Assembly: GCA_047946875.1 (NCBI GenBank)
Contig: CP181398.1
Coordinates: 905,041-969,040 of the forward strand
Origin: Candidatus Kerfeldbacteria bacterium
Lineage (GTDB): Bacteria > Patescibacteriota > Patescibacteriia > UBA10025 > JAHIVO01
Length of the DNA: 64,000 nt
Reading direction: 5' to 3'
Shown here: piece by piece, positions 27,100-36,515 of the stretch
Numbering within the stretch: the first letter of the stretch is position 1
How the letters are laid out: each line of letters starts with the position of its first letter
Translations under genes and position numbers: made by a program
Notes under the pieces: generated by a model
The model's input: the letters and a program-made list of their open reading frames with translations, nothing else
What the model was told of the DNA's origin: nothing
Database searches by the model: none

Positions 27100-28710
27100 C
27101 TAACTTAACTTTTTAGATAAATAAGTTTTATCTAATTTATATCCTAATTTTTTATAGTATCCCCTAACACCTATGCCAGATATGACAGATAACTTTTTAT
27201 ATCCTTTTTCTTTAGAAATCTTCTCAGCTTCTTTCATCAAACGTTTACCAAAACCAATGTGTTGGACTGCTTTTTTCTTTGAACCAACCGGGATTAATTC
27301 TCCATAGGTGTGTAATTCTCTTATCAATGCAGTATCTATATCGAATGCCAGCTCGTCCCCTTTAACAGTAATTTCTTTTTTATCAAAAAACCTTACAATT
27401 TTCATTTCACTAGCTTTTCTCTTTTTTTTGTCTGGCAATCGCAATCTAGCAAATGCATATAATTTTTTATAATCATTGCTTTCGAAACTAATAAAATATT
27501 CTGTCCCCTGACCTGCTTTATATTTTCTAATTACTAATTTAACATCTTTTTCAGTCACTGACGACTTTCTTGCTTCACGACAACGAATACATCTACAAAC
27601 CACTCCTTCATTATGAAGTAACTGACGTAAGTTAGTTGATAGATTTCCATCAACTATTTCATTTCCAGGGATATCTCTAATCAGACGATTAATACGTACG
27701 TAAGGTGGTATATCTTTTTTAATATTTACCAATAGTTTGGCTAAGCGCTTTCCTTTGTATGGCTTGAACTTACCTTGTTGGTGCCATTTGTATAGTGTAG
27801 TTGATTTGATTACCACACATGGATATATCTTAAGCATGTCTGGTTTAAAACCAGGATCATTAAATACTTTTTTAAAGGTGGCTAAATCTGACTTAGGAGT
27901 TGCCCCTGGAAGGCCTGGCATCAGATGATAAGTTATCTTAAACCCAAAATCTCTCAGCATATTTGTAGCTCTTTTTATGTTTTCTATACTGTCATCTCTT
28001 TTTATCAAATCAAGAATTTCATGTTCCAACGTTTGTACACCGATTTGAACATGGGTACAGCCCAATTCTCGCATTCTCCATAATTCATCTTTAGTTACAT
28101 AATCCGGCCTTGTCTCCAAAGTAAGTCCAATGATTTTATGCTTAGCCTTTTCATTAATCTTCTGAGCCTCTGCGATTGTCTTAGATGACTTTTCATTAGC
28201 CGCTTCAAAACATCTCCTGATAAACCAATCTTGATATTTCTTGGTATAGTATGACCAAGTACCACCTAAAACGATTAGTTCAATTTTATCTGCACTGTGC
28301 CCGTTGGCTTCCAGAGCTTTGATTCTCATTTTTACTTGATTATATGGATTGAATTTCAAACGTAAGGCTCGTTGGGCAGCTGGCTCAGAAGCAATATAAC
28401 TTTTTGGCATTTGTTTTTCCGTAGGACAATAAACACAACGGCCAGGACACGGATAAGGCTTAGTTAGCACTGTTACCGGGGCAATACCAGATAAAGTTCT
28501 AATTTCACGTTTACGTAAAAGACGTTCGATCTTAGAATACCGTCCGGGCTTGAAAAACTTTCGATAGTACTCTAAAATCAAAGAATTAGCTATAATAGTA
28601 GTATCATATTTCTTAGCTAAATCACGCTTAGCTTGTCGCAATCCTTCTGGATCTTGAGGATTAAGCTTAATTAAATTATAAATATATTTTTTTGAAACTT
28701 TTGGAGTCAT
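27100..28710 (-). CDS. Elp3-like protein (radical SAM domain plus C-terminal GNAT acetyltransferase)
   Basis: 536 aa. It has the radical SAM Cys cluster CPGRCVYCP and a GNAT-like C-terminus (HIGFGKRLMKEAEKI). Its length matches ELP3 (about 550 aa). Confidence 0.7.
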   Translation of the reverse strand: MTPKVSKKYIYNLIKLNPQDPEGLRQAKRDLAKKYDTTIIANSLILEYYRKFFKPGRYSKIERLLRKREIRTLSGIAPVTVLTKPYPCPGRCVYCPTEKQMPKSYIASEPAAQRALRLKFNPYNQVKMRIKALEANGHSADKIELIVLGGTWSYYTKKYQDWFIRRCFEAANEKSSKTIAEAQKINEKAKHKIIGLTLETRPDYVTKDELWRMRELGCTHVQIGVQTLEHEILDLIKRDDSIENIKRATNMLRDFGFKITYHLMPGLPGATPKSDLATFKKVFNDPGFKPDMLKIYPCVVIKSTTLYKWHQQGKFKPYKGKRLAKLLVNIKKDIPPYVRINRLIRDIPGNEIVDGNLSTNLRQLLHNEGVVCRCIRCREARKSSVTEKDVKLVIRKYKAGQGTEYFISFESNDYKKLYAFARLRLPDKKKRKASEMKIVRFFDKKEITVKGDELAFDIDTALIRELHTYGELIPVGSKKKAVQHIGFGKRLMKEAEKISKEKGYKKLSVISGIGVRGYYKKLGYKLDKTYLSKKLS

Positions 28711-29430
28711 ATGAAAGAGGATATTGCTAAATCAATAATGGAAAAAAATAGACTAGGCTACGATCAAACAGCTGATCATTTTTCTAGTACCAGGAAATTC
28801 CCATGGCATGATTTTGAATTTTTTAATGAATATGTAAAAAATGGAGACAATGTTCTTGATGCCGGTTGTGGCAATGGAAGATTATTTGAATTCTTTAAAG
28901 AAAAGGGAATAAATTATTCCGGCCTAGACAGTAGTAATAGCCTTATACAAATTGCTTCAAAAAGCTATCCTACTGCCAATTTCCAAACTGGCGATATAAC
29001 CACTCTACCCTTTTCAGATAATAAATTCAATACTATATTCTGCATAGCCACTTTACATCACATTCCTAGTAAAAAACTTAGATTACAAACTATTAACGAA
29101 TTTTATCGCGTCTTAAAACCTGGTGGATATTTAATTATGACAAACTGGAACTTACTAAATACTAAATGGTGGCCAACAATAGCAAAATTTTCATTGGATA
29201 AAATCATCGGTAACAATAACCTTGACTGGAAAGACGTATCAAAACCATGGAAAAATAGCCAGGGCCAAGTACAAGCCGAAAGATTTTTACATGCTTTTAC
29301 AAAAAATGAAATTTCAGGACTGCTGAAAAAAAACAACCTAAAAACTATTAAACAATTCTATACAAAAAAAGATATTACTAGCAACATGCTTAGTGGTTTT
29401 AATTTAATAACCATTGCTAAAAAGTCTTGA
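28711..29430 (+). CDS. Class-I SAM-dependent methyltransferase (Methyltransf_11-like)
   Basis: Motif I VLDAGCGNGRLFEFF. The listed start codon abuts the Elp3-like start codon on the opposite strand (CATATG). Confidence 0.7.
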   Translation: MKEDIAKSIMEKNRLGYDQTADHFSSTRKFPWHDFEFFNEYVKNGDNVLDAGCGNGRLFEFFKEKGINYSGLDSSNSLIQIASKSYPTANFQTGDITTLPFSDNKFNTIFCIATLHHIPSKKLRLQTINEFYRVLKPGGYLIMTNWNLLNTKWWPTIAKFSLDKIIGNNNLDWKDVSKPWKNSQGQVQAERFLHAFTKNEISGLLKKNNLKTIKQFYTKKDITSNMLSGFNLITIAKKS

Positions 29431-29487
29431 AAATAGCTTAGTTAAGTGGTATATTAGTATTACTTAAATAATTATTATCCAACCAAT

Positions 29488-30711
29488 ATGAATCATAAAA
29501 AACTAATATTTTGGTCATTTTTTTTAATCTTGACCATTTTTTTAATTCCTCAAATCTCTATCGCACAAAGCACTATTGATAATACATATAATAATTACTT
29601 AAAACCAATATTTGAAAATTTTGGTGGAGAAACAATTATAGTATCGGAAGATACAATCATAGAAGATAATTTCTTTAGGTATGGAGAAAATATCACTATT
29701 AATGGTGACATCCAAGGAGATATAATTGTAATCGCTGGCCAAAAATTAATAATTAACGGTGAAGTTTCTGGTGATGTACTTGCTATTGCCGAAACAATTG
29801 AAATTAATGGCCCTGTTATCGGCAATGTTAGAGTAATAGGTGCGGAAGTAAATATCTCCAACTCTATCGGTAAAAATATTAATATAATATCAAACGATAC
29901 TACAATTACTAACAAAGCAACGATTGGTTGGACACTATCATTTATATCTGCAAATATTAATATTAATGCTCCGGTCAATGGCAGTATTTATGGTTACGGA
30001 GGAGAAATAAATATTAATAACACAGTGGGTAATAATGTTACTTTAATATTAGACGATTTAGGCCAAGTCAATATCGATGAAAAGACGGTTATAAATGGAA
30101 GGTTTGAATATCGCGGGGACAGAATTGCCGTCATTAACGACAAAGCTACTATTCAAGGAAATACTATTCACAAACTAGTCCCAGAAAAAATTACCCAAGC
30201 AAAGAAATTCCTATCTTCTTATTGGATATACGCAAAACTAATAAGCTTCTTTAGTATGCTACTTGTCGGTACATTACTCGTAAGTCTATTTGAAAAAACA
30301 AGTAAAAGAATTGTCTCAGAATTAGCTGTCTACCCTTTTAACAAAATACTGTTGGGCTTAATCATGATAGTGGGCATACCTTTCGCAGCTATTCTTATTT
30401 CTATCACAGTTATTGGTATTCCACTTGCCATAATATCAATGGCAATATACATATTCCTATATTTTATCAGTCCAATATTTATCGGGTTATTTATTGGAAA
30501 TAAAATATTAAACCTAAAAAAATCAAATGAAGATGCGCCTCTTATATGGGCCATGCTCTTAGGTACATTTATTTTTGTTCTACTAAAAAACATTCCATAT
30601 ATTGGCTGGTTAGTAGGTTTTCTAGGAACAATTTGGTTCTTTGGTACAGTCGCTAAAATTATTCAAATTAATAAAAAAAGTTTGAAAGGAAAAAACAATG
30701 AAAAAAATTAA
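29488..30711 (+). CDS. Bactofilin-like (beta-helix repeat) domain fused to a C-terminal 4-TM membrane domain
   Basis: It has a signal peptide and repeated hxhxGxV/I units (INGDIQGDIIVIAG ... INGEVSGDVLAIA ...) typical of bactofilin/DUF583 repeats. Hydrophobic helices follow. Confidence 0.5.
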   Translation: MNHKKLIFWSFFLILTIFLIPQISIAQSTIDNTYNNYLKPIFENFGGETIIVSEDTIIEDNFFRYGENITINGDIQGDIIVIAGQKLIINGEVSGDVLAIAETIEINGPVIGNVRVIGAEVNISNSIGKNINIISNDTTITNKATIGWTLSFISANININAPVNGSIYGYGGEININNTVGNNVTLILDDLGQVNIDEKTVINGRFEYRGDRIAVINDKATIQGNTIHKLVPEKITQAKKFLSSYWIYAKLISFFSMLLVGTLLVSLFEKTSKRIVSELAVYPFNKILLGLIMIVGIPFAAILISITVIGIPLAIISMAIYIFLYFISPIFIGLFIGNKILNLKKSNEDAPLIWAMLLGTFIFVLLKNIPYIGWLVGFLGTIWFFGTVAKIIQINKKSLKGKNNEKN

Positions 30712-32044
30712 TCAAAAAGTATTCAAATCTTATGATATTAGAGGAGTTTACCCAGATGATTTAAATGAAGATACAGCTTATATCGCTGGACAAGGGTATG
30801 CCCAATTAACTGGTGTTAAAAAAATAGTAGTCGGACGAGACATGAGATTGGGTTCTCCTGAATTATCAAAAAAATTTATTGAAGGTGTAAACAGTCAAGG
30901 TGTTGATGTAGACGATATTGGCATGGTGCCGATTGATCAAGTATATTTTACTGCTGGATATTTCAAATATGATGGTGGTGTAATGATAACCGCATCACAT
31001 AATCCAAAAGAATATAACGGTCTAAAAATGACAACTATTGATAATGGTATTTCTATGGTGCGTGGAAAAGAACTTTATGAATTTATTGATGGTAAAGAAT
31101 TTACTATTTCTGATAAAACAGGGACTACTAAAGAAATCGATACGACAGAAGGTTACTTAGAACATATTTTTTCATTTGTCGATATAAACAAAATCAAACC
31201 GTTTAAAATCGTTGTAGATGCAGGTAATGGTATGGCCGGCAAAATTATGCCTCTAGTATTTGAAAAACTACCATGTGAATTAATACCAATTAATTTTGAA
31301 CTTGATGGTAATTTCCCTGCTCATCCTTCAAATCCACTATTAGAAGAATCTCAAGTTGGCATAAAAGCAAAAATCAAAGAAACTGGAGCTGATTTTGGAG
31401 TAATCCTTGATGGTGATACAGATCGATTATTTTTTGTTGATGAAAATAGTGAGTTTGTTCCAGCGGACACCACTCTTTTAATATTGGCAAAACACTTCTT
31501 AGAGAAAGAGCCTGGCTCAGGTATCGCCTATAACGCTGTTTGCAGTAAAGCTGTCCCTACCAAAGTTAAAGAGTGGGGTGGAGTTCCTATTAGAACAAAA
31601 GTTGGATTTGTTAATGTAGCGCAAGGAATGAAAGATAATAAAGGTATTATGGGAGGAGAGGTTTCTGCTCACTATAGCTTTAGAGATAATTTCTACGCTG
31701 ACTCTGGCTTTATCGCCTTTTTAACTTTGCTAATGTTAATTACTGAAGAAGATAAAAAATTATCTGAAATTGTAGAACCACTTAAACCATTTAGTAAGGC
31801 TGATGAAGTAAATATCGAAGTTAATGACGTTGACGAAGTAATCAAGAAAGTTAAAGCAGAATTTAGTGATGGCAAACAAGATGAATTAGATGGTATTACT
31901 ATTGAATATGAAGATTGGTGGGTAAATGTAAGACCTTCTAATACAGAGCCTTTGTTAAGAATAACTGTTGAAGGTGATACACAAAAAATTCTTAAAACTA
32001 ATCAGGCTAAAATTGTTGACTATATTAAAAGTATTGCTAAATGA
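30698..32044 (+). CDS. Phosphoglucomutase/phosphomannomutase family protein
   Basis: Active-site TASHNP motif with the Ser phosphorylation loop (ITASHNPKEYNGLK), and a four-domain length of 448 aa. Confidence 0.8.
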   Translation: MKKINQKVFKSYDIRGVYPDDLNEDTAYIAGQGYAQLTGVKKIVVGRDMRLGSPELSKKFIEGVNSQGVDVDDIGMVPIDQVYFTAGYFKYDGGVMITASHNPKEYNGLKMTTIDNGISMVRGKELYEFIDGKEFTISDKTGTTKEIDTTEGYLEHIFSFVDINKIKPFKIVVDAGNGMAGKIMPLVFEKLPCELIPINFELDGNFPAHPSNPLLEESQVGIKAKIKETGADFGVILDGDTDRLFFVDENSEFVPADTTLLILAKHFLEKEPGSGIAYNAVCSKAVPTKVKEWGGVPIRTKVGFVNVAQGMKDNKGIMGGEVSAHYSFRDNFYADSGFIAFLTLLMLITEEDKKLSEIVEPLKPFSKADEVNIEVNDVDEVIKKVKAEFSDGKQDELDGITIEYEDWWVNVRPSNTEPLLRITVEGDTQKILKTNQAKIVDYIKSIAK

Positions 32045-32709
32045 TAAAAGCTGTAATCTTTGATATGGACGGAGTAATTATTGACTCCGAACCACTCTGG
32101 ATTAAATCTACGAATATATATTTCAAAAAAGTCGGAATAGAATTTCCTGATAAGAATTCTATGCTTACTTTTATTGATATTAATTTCAGAGGTCGCCGTC
32201 AAAAAGAAGTAATAAATATACTTAAGAAAAAGTTTAAATTAAAAGGTTCATACAACCAAATCATGAAAGTAAGGACAAAACTTTTATTAGAAGTCTTTGA
32301 CAAAGAATTAAAGCTGGTACCAGGCATATTAACCTTAATAAAAAAATTTAAAAAAAATAATATTCCCATGGTAGTGGCTTCATCATCTCCATCAGATGTA
32401 ATCGATTATGCTATGTCAAAGTTTAAGTTAAATAAATTCTTTAAAGAAATTATTTCTGGTGATAATGTCAAAGAAAGTAAACCAGAACCTGATATATTTA
32501 TAAAAGCGGCAAAATCTTTTGAAAATGTTAAAACTTTTGAAATCCTTGTTATAGAAGATTCTTACAGTGGAGTATTAGCAGCAAAAAAAGCGAAAATGAA
32601 ATGCTTAGGAATAAGACGACATAATGCATTAAATAAATATTATAAGACAGCTGATAAAAAAGTTACAACGTTTGTAAAGATAAATTATAATTCTATAGTA
32701 AATTTATGA
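32041..32709 (+). CDS. HAD-superfamily hydrolase (beta-phosphoglucomutase-like, subfamily IA)
   Basis: Motif I FDMDGVIIDSE. It overlaps the preceding phosphoglucomutase/phosphomannomutase gene by 4 nt, which suggests one operon. Confidence 0.75.
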   Translation: MIKAVIFDMDGVIIDSEPLWIKSTNIYFKKVGIEFPDKNSMLTFIDINFRGRRQKEVINILKKKFKLKGSYNQIMKVRTKLLLEVFDKELKLVPGILTLIKKFKKNNIPMVVASSSPSDVIDYAMSKFKLNKFFKEIISGDNVKESKPEPDIFIKAAKSFENVKTFEILVIEDSYSGVLAAKKAKMKCLGIRRHNALNKYYKTADKKVTTFVKINYNSIVNL

Positions 32710-33494
32710 TAGGAATATTTGACTCAGGAGTAGGAGGATTGACTGTCGTCAAAGAAATTTTTAAACTGCTCCCCGAGTACCAAATAACCTATTTTGGAGA
32801 TACTGCACGTACACCATATGGGATAAAAAGCAAAGAAACGGTAATTAAGTATGCTATAGAGGATGCTAATTTTCTAATAAAAAAAGGTGTAAAAATTATT
32901 ATTATTGCCTGTAACACTGCTTCTGCCGTAGCCTCAGATGAATTAAAAAACAAATTTCCAAATATCCCAATTTTTGAAGTAATAACACCAGCAGTAAAAA
33001 AAGCATTGGAAATATCAAATAACAAAAAAATCGGTATTATTGGAACAAGGGCTACGATTAATAGTAATATTTATAAAACTTTAATTCATAAATCAGACAA
33101 GAGCTACACTATTATCAGTCAAGCGTGCCCACTCTTTGTGCCACTAGCAGAAGAAGGATGGATAAACAAACCTGTAACAAAATCTATAGTAAATACATAT
33201 TTATCTCCACTTAAACAAAAACAAATTGATACATTAATATTAGGGTGTACTCATTACCCACTACTTAAGACAATTATCAAAGAAAAGGCTGGAAAACAAA
33301 TTTCACTTGTTGATCCTGCGGAACAAACCTCACTAGAAATTAAAAAATTCCTCAAAAAAAATCCTGAAATTGAAAAATCTCTATCAAAGAGTAATGAGCA
33401 TTCTTTCTTTTTCAGTGATATAACGCCTCATCTCTCTGACATGTCCAGTAAATGGCTGGGGCAACAAATTATTCTAAAAAAATTCAGCATATAA
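32706..33494 (+). CDS. murI: Glutamate racemase
   Basis: IFDSGVGGLTV plus the active-site CNTAS and GCTHYP motifs. Confidence 0.85.
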   Translation: MIGIFDSGVGGLTVVKEIFKLLPEYQITYFGDTARTPYGIKSKETVIKYAIEDANFLIKKGVKIIIIACNTASAVASDELKNKFPNIPIFEVITPAVKKALEISNNKKIGIIGTRATINSNIYKTLIHKSDKSYTIISQACPLFVPLAEEGWINKPVTKSIVNTYLSPLKQKQIDTLILGCTHYPLLKTIIKEKAGKQISLVDPAEQTSLEIKKFLKKNPEIEKSLSKSNEHSFFFSDITPHLSDMSSKWLGQQIILKKFSI

Positions 33495-33530
33495 AAAACG
33501 CCAGATTTAAAAAATCTAACGTTTAAATAA

Positions 33531-34628
33531 TTAAATTGAAAGGGAACTAATTTCCTGTCGTATCACACCGACAAGATTTTTTACACATGCTTCCCTAGCA
33601 ACTCGTATGGCATGCATGATAGCAAGCGGAGTTGATTTCCCATGAGCTTTCACTACGACCCCATTTACACCAAGAAATGGTACTCCACCATATTGCTGGT
33701 AATCAAACTCTTTTCTTATTGCTCCAACCAAGGACTTCAGCAAAATACTAACCGTTCCTGCAACCACTTTATGAAAAAAACTACTTTCAGAAAGTTTTCT
33801 TTGAATTGCACCTTTCAAAGTTGGTATTAAGCTTTCAGCCTGCTTCAACAGTACGTTACCCAGAAGCCCATCAAATATGATAACATCCGCTTTGCCGGAA
33901 AAAATATCTCCTCCTTGAACATTTCCGATAAAATTAATTATCCCTCTATTTGATAATTCTCTCAACTGTCTATGAACCTCAATATACAATGGCGGGCCTT
34001 TTGAATCTTCTTCACCGATATTCATAAGAGCAACACGAGGAACCCTTACTCCCAAAACCATCTGAGAATATATTTTTCCCATTATTCCAAACTGAATCAG
34101 GTGCTTAACAGTATTTTCTGCATTAGCACCGACATCCAGCCCAACACATGGGCCATTTGCGGTTGGAAAAACCACAGATAAAGCAGGGCGTGAAATTCCC
34201 GATATACGTGCAATGCGTCTATACGCAGCAGCTAATAATGCACCGGTATTGCCGGCACTCACAAATGCATGGAAATCTCCTTTTTTTACTCCTTGACTTC
34301 CGATGAATATTGATGACTCTCTTCTAGTAAGCACATCCGCCGATTTTTTGAAATCCATCGGGATAACATCAGATGCATCAATTATCTTGATTCGATTAGA
34401 ATGTTTTGTTACGAGTTTTTTTCGTACAACCGTATCAAGTCTTCCAAGTTCATCAGAAATTATTGAAGGCACCCCAACAAGCTGGACTTCAATGTCAGAA
34501 AACATATCCAACGCCATTAATGCCCCAAGAACTGGAGACTCCGGATAATTATCACCACCCATAGCATCAATCGCTATAACGATCTTAGAACTCAATTTTT
34601 TCCTCCTTGATTTATTATTAATGTTCAA
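33531..34628 (-). CDS. plsX: Phosphate acyltransferase PlsX
   Basis: 365 aa. The opening IAIDAMGGDNYP and the overall similarity are typical of PlsX. Confidence 0.8.
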   Translation of the reverse strand: MNINNKSRRKKLSSKIVIAIDAMGGDNYPESPVLGALMALDMFSDIEVQLVGVPSIISDELGRLDTVVRKKLVTKHSNRIKIIDASDVIPMDFKKSADVLTRRESSIFIGSQGVKKGDFHAFVSAGNTGALLAAAYRRIARISGISRPALSVVFPTANGPCVGLDVGANAENTVKHLIQFGIMGKIYSQMVLGVRVPRVALMNIGEEDSKGPPLYIEVHRQLRELSNRGIINFIGNVQGGDIFSGKADVIIFDGLLGNVLLKQAESLIPTLKGAIQRKLSESSFFHKVVAGTVSILLKSLVGAIRKEFDYQQYGGVPFLGVNGVVVKAHGKSTPLAIMHAIRVAREACVKNLVGVIRQEISSLSI

Positions 34629-34725
34629 TTTTATATTATTTTTGTGTGCCTATCTTATCATATTCACTGAAATTTACAAATAAAAAACCCCGCTTTTATT
34701 GTGAGGTATTTTATGTTATTATTTG

Positions 34726-35781
34726 TTATTTCTTATCTTCTACATCCTTATTTACTTCTTTATTATCATCTTCCCCTTTATCAACAACTTCGATAATTTT
34801 ACCTCTAATCTCTTCCATCAACTTATTATTTTCTCTTAAGAAAAATCTTGCATTTTCTCTACCTACACCCAGCTTAATATCTCCATAAGAAAAAGTATTT
34901 CCGCTCTTCTTGATCACTTTATATAATATTCCTGTATCTATCATATCGCCAGCTACAGAAATACCTTCGTTATACATAATATCAAATTCAGTAATTTTGA
35001 ATGGAGCAGCCACTTTATTTTTTACCACTTTACACTTAACCCGATTACCGATGATAACATCTCCTTTTTTAATCTGAGCGGCTCTTCGTACTTCAATTCG
35101 AACTGATGAATAAAACTTCAATGCCATACCACCAGTTGTAGTTTCTGGATTACCAAAAAATACTCCAATTTTTATTCTAATCTGATTAATAAAAACTACA
35201 GTAGTTTTAGACTTACTGACTATCCCTGCCAATTTTCTCAATGCCTGACTCATCAACCTTGCTTGTAATCCCATATGAGAATCCCCCATATCACCCTCTA
35301 TTTCAGCTTTTGGCACCAAAGCTGCAACAGAATCAATAACAACCACATCTACAGAGCTTGACCTTACTAATGTTTCCAATATTTCTAAAGCCTGTTCACC
35401 TGTATCAGGTTGAGAAATTAATAGTTCATCAACATTTACTCCAATTTTTTTTGCATATGCTGGGTCTAATGCATGCTCTGCATCAATAAATGCTGCTGTG
35501 CCACCTTGTTTTTGTACACTAGCTATAATGTGTTGAGCTAAGGTTGTTTTACCTGATGCCTCTGGGCCATAAATTTCTACTATCCTACCTCGCGGTACTC
35601 CACCTACACCCAATGCGAGATCAAGAGATAAACATCCAGTTGGAATAGATTCTATATCAGATTTTTTTATATCTCCAAATTTCATAATAGATCCTTCACC
35701 GAACCGTTCTTTTATCTGATCTATAGCTGTTTGAGTGGCTTTGTCTTTTGCACCTTGATCTTTTTGATTATCTTTAGTCAT
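34726..35781 (-). CDS. recA: Recombinase RecA
   Basis: Walker [11 protein letters not shown] and RecA L1/L2 loop regions are present. Length is 351 aa. Confidence 0.95.
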   Translation of the reverse strand: MTKDNQKDQGAKDKATQTAIDQIKERFGEGSIMKFGDIKKSDIESIPTGCLSLDLALGVGGVPRGRIVEIYGPEASGKTTLAQHIIASVQKQGGTAAFIDAEHALDPAYAKKIGVNVDELLISQPDTGEQALEILETLVRSSSVDVVVIDSVAALVPKAEIEGDMGDSHMGLQARLMSQALRKLAGIVSKSKTTVVFINQIRIKIGVFFGNPETTTGGMALKFYSSVRIEVRRAAQIKKGDVIIGNRVKCKVVKNKVAAPFKITEFDIMYNEGISVAGDMIDTGILYKVIKKSGNTFSYGDIKLGVGRENARFFLRENNKLMEEIRGKIIEVVDKGEDDNKEVNKDVEDKK

Positions 35782-35805
35782 ATTATCTTTTTAGTTATTA
35801 ATTTC

Positions 35806-35833
35806 AGGCAGAGCCTGATCCGGCTTTGCCGGA
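35806..35833. repeat. GC-rich repeat caggcagagcctgRtccggctttgcMgg, copy 1 (second copy at 53991..54035)
   Basis: A 27-mer shared with the 54.0-kb locus in the same orientation. It contains the ccggc-ttt-gccgg hairpin. Confidence 0.5.
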
Positions 35834-35834
35834 A

Positions 35835-36515
35835 TTATTTAGTTTGTGAAATTTCATATAATATATGCTTCGTGATTGAAGTTGCTTTACTTTTTTCTTT
35901 GATTGATGAAATTACAATATCATTAATACCTTCTTTTAATGAAATAGTTTCTGAAAAATTACCATCTTCATTAATCAATATTTCTTTACCATTAATTGTT
36001 AATATTGCTGAACTGTCAGTAGCACCTGTTACTTGAAGAATATTATCATTGACTGTTAGAAAATCTGCTGGACTACTAATGATTAATTTGGGAGGAGAAA
36101 AAATCTTGGATACTTCAAACCCTACATACGTCAGTGCTAATAATATTACTACACCTATCATAATTCTCCTAATCAATAAAGGTGTAATAAACTCTTTTGG
36201 TAACTCCTTGGGCTTAGGTGAAAATGTTTGTTTATTTCCTTCCTTATATACTCTCTTCTCATGTTGATTATAAATAGAAAGTACAAAATCACTACTTACT
36301 CCAAGATATTCAGCATATTTTTTTAAAAAACTTTCTATATATACAGGACCAGGTAACGAAGAATAATTACCTTCCTCCAAAGCAATTAAATATTTTTTTT
36401 GTATCTGCACTTCTTGAGCAGCTTGATCAACACTTACATTTAATTCTTCTCTAGTAATCCTTAGACGTTCTCCAAGTGTTTTTGATTTATCTAATTTTTT
36501 CTTTTTAAAATCCAT
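35835..36515 (-). CDS. RodZ-like HTH (XRE-type) domain membrane protein
   Basis: N-terminal helix-turn-helix (LGERLRITREELNVSVDQAAQEV), a single TM helix and a C-terminal DUF4115-like domain. Confidence 0.55.
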   Translation of the reverse strand: MDFKKKKLDKSKTLGERLRITREELNVSVDQAAQEVQIQKKYLIALEEGNYSSLPGPVYIESFLKKYAEYLGVSSDFVLSIYNQHEKRVYKEGNKQTFSPKPKELPKEFITPLLIRRIMIGVVILLALTYVGFEVSKIFSPPKLIISSPADFLTVNDNILQVTGATDSSAILTINGKEILINEDGNFSETISLKEGINDIVISSIKEKSKATSITKHILYEISQTK

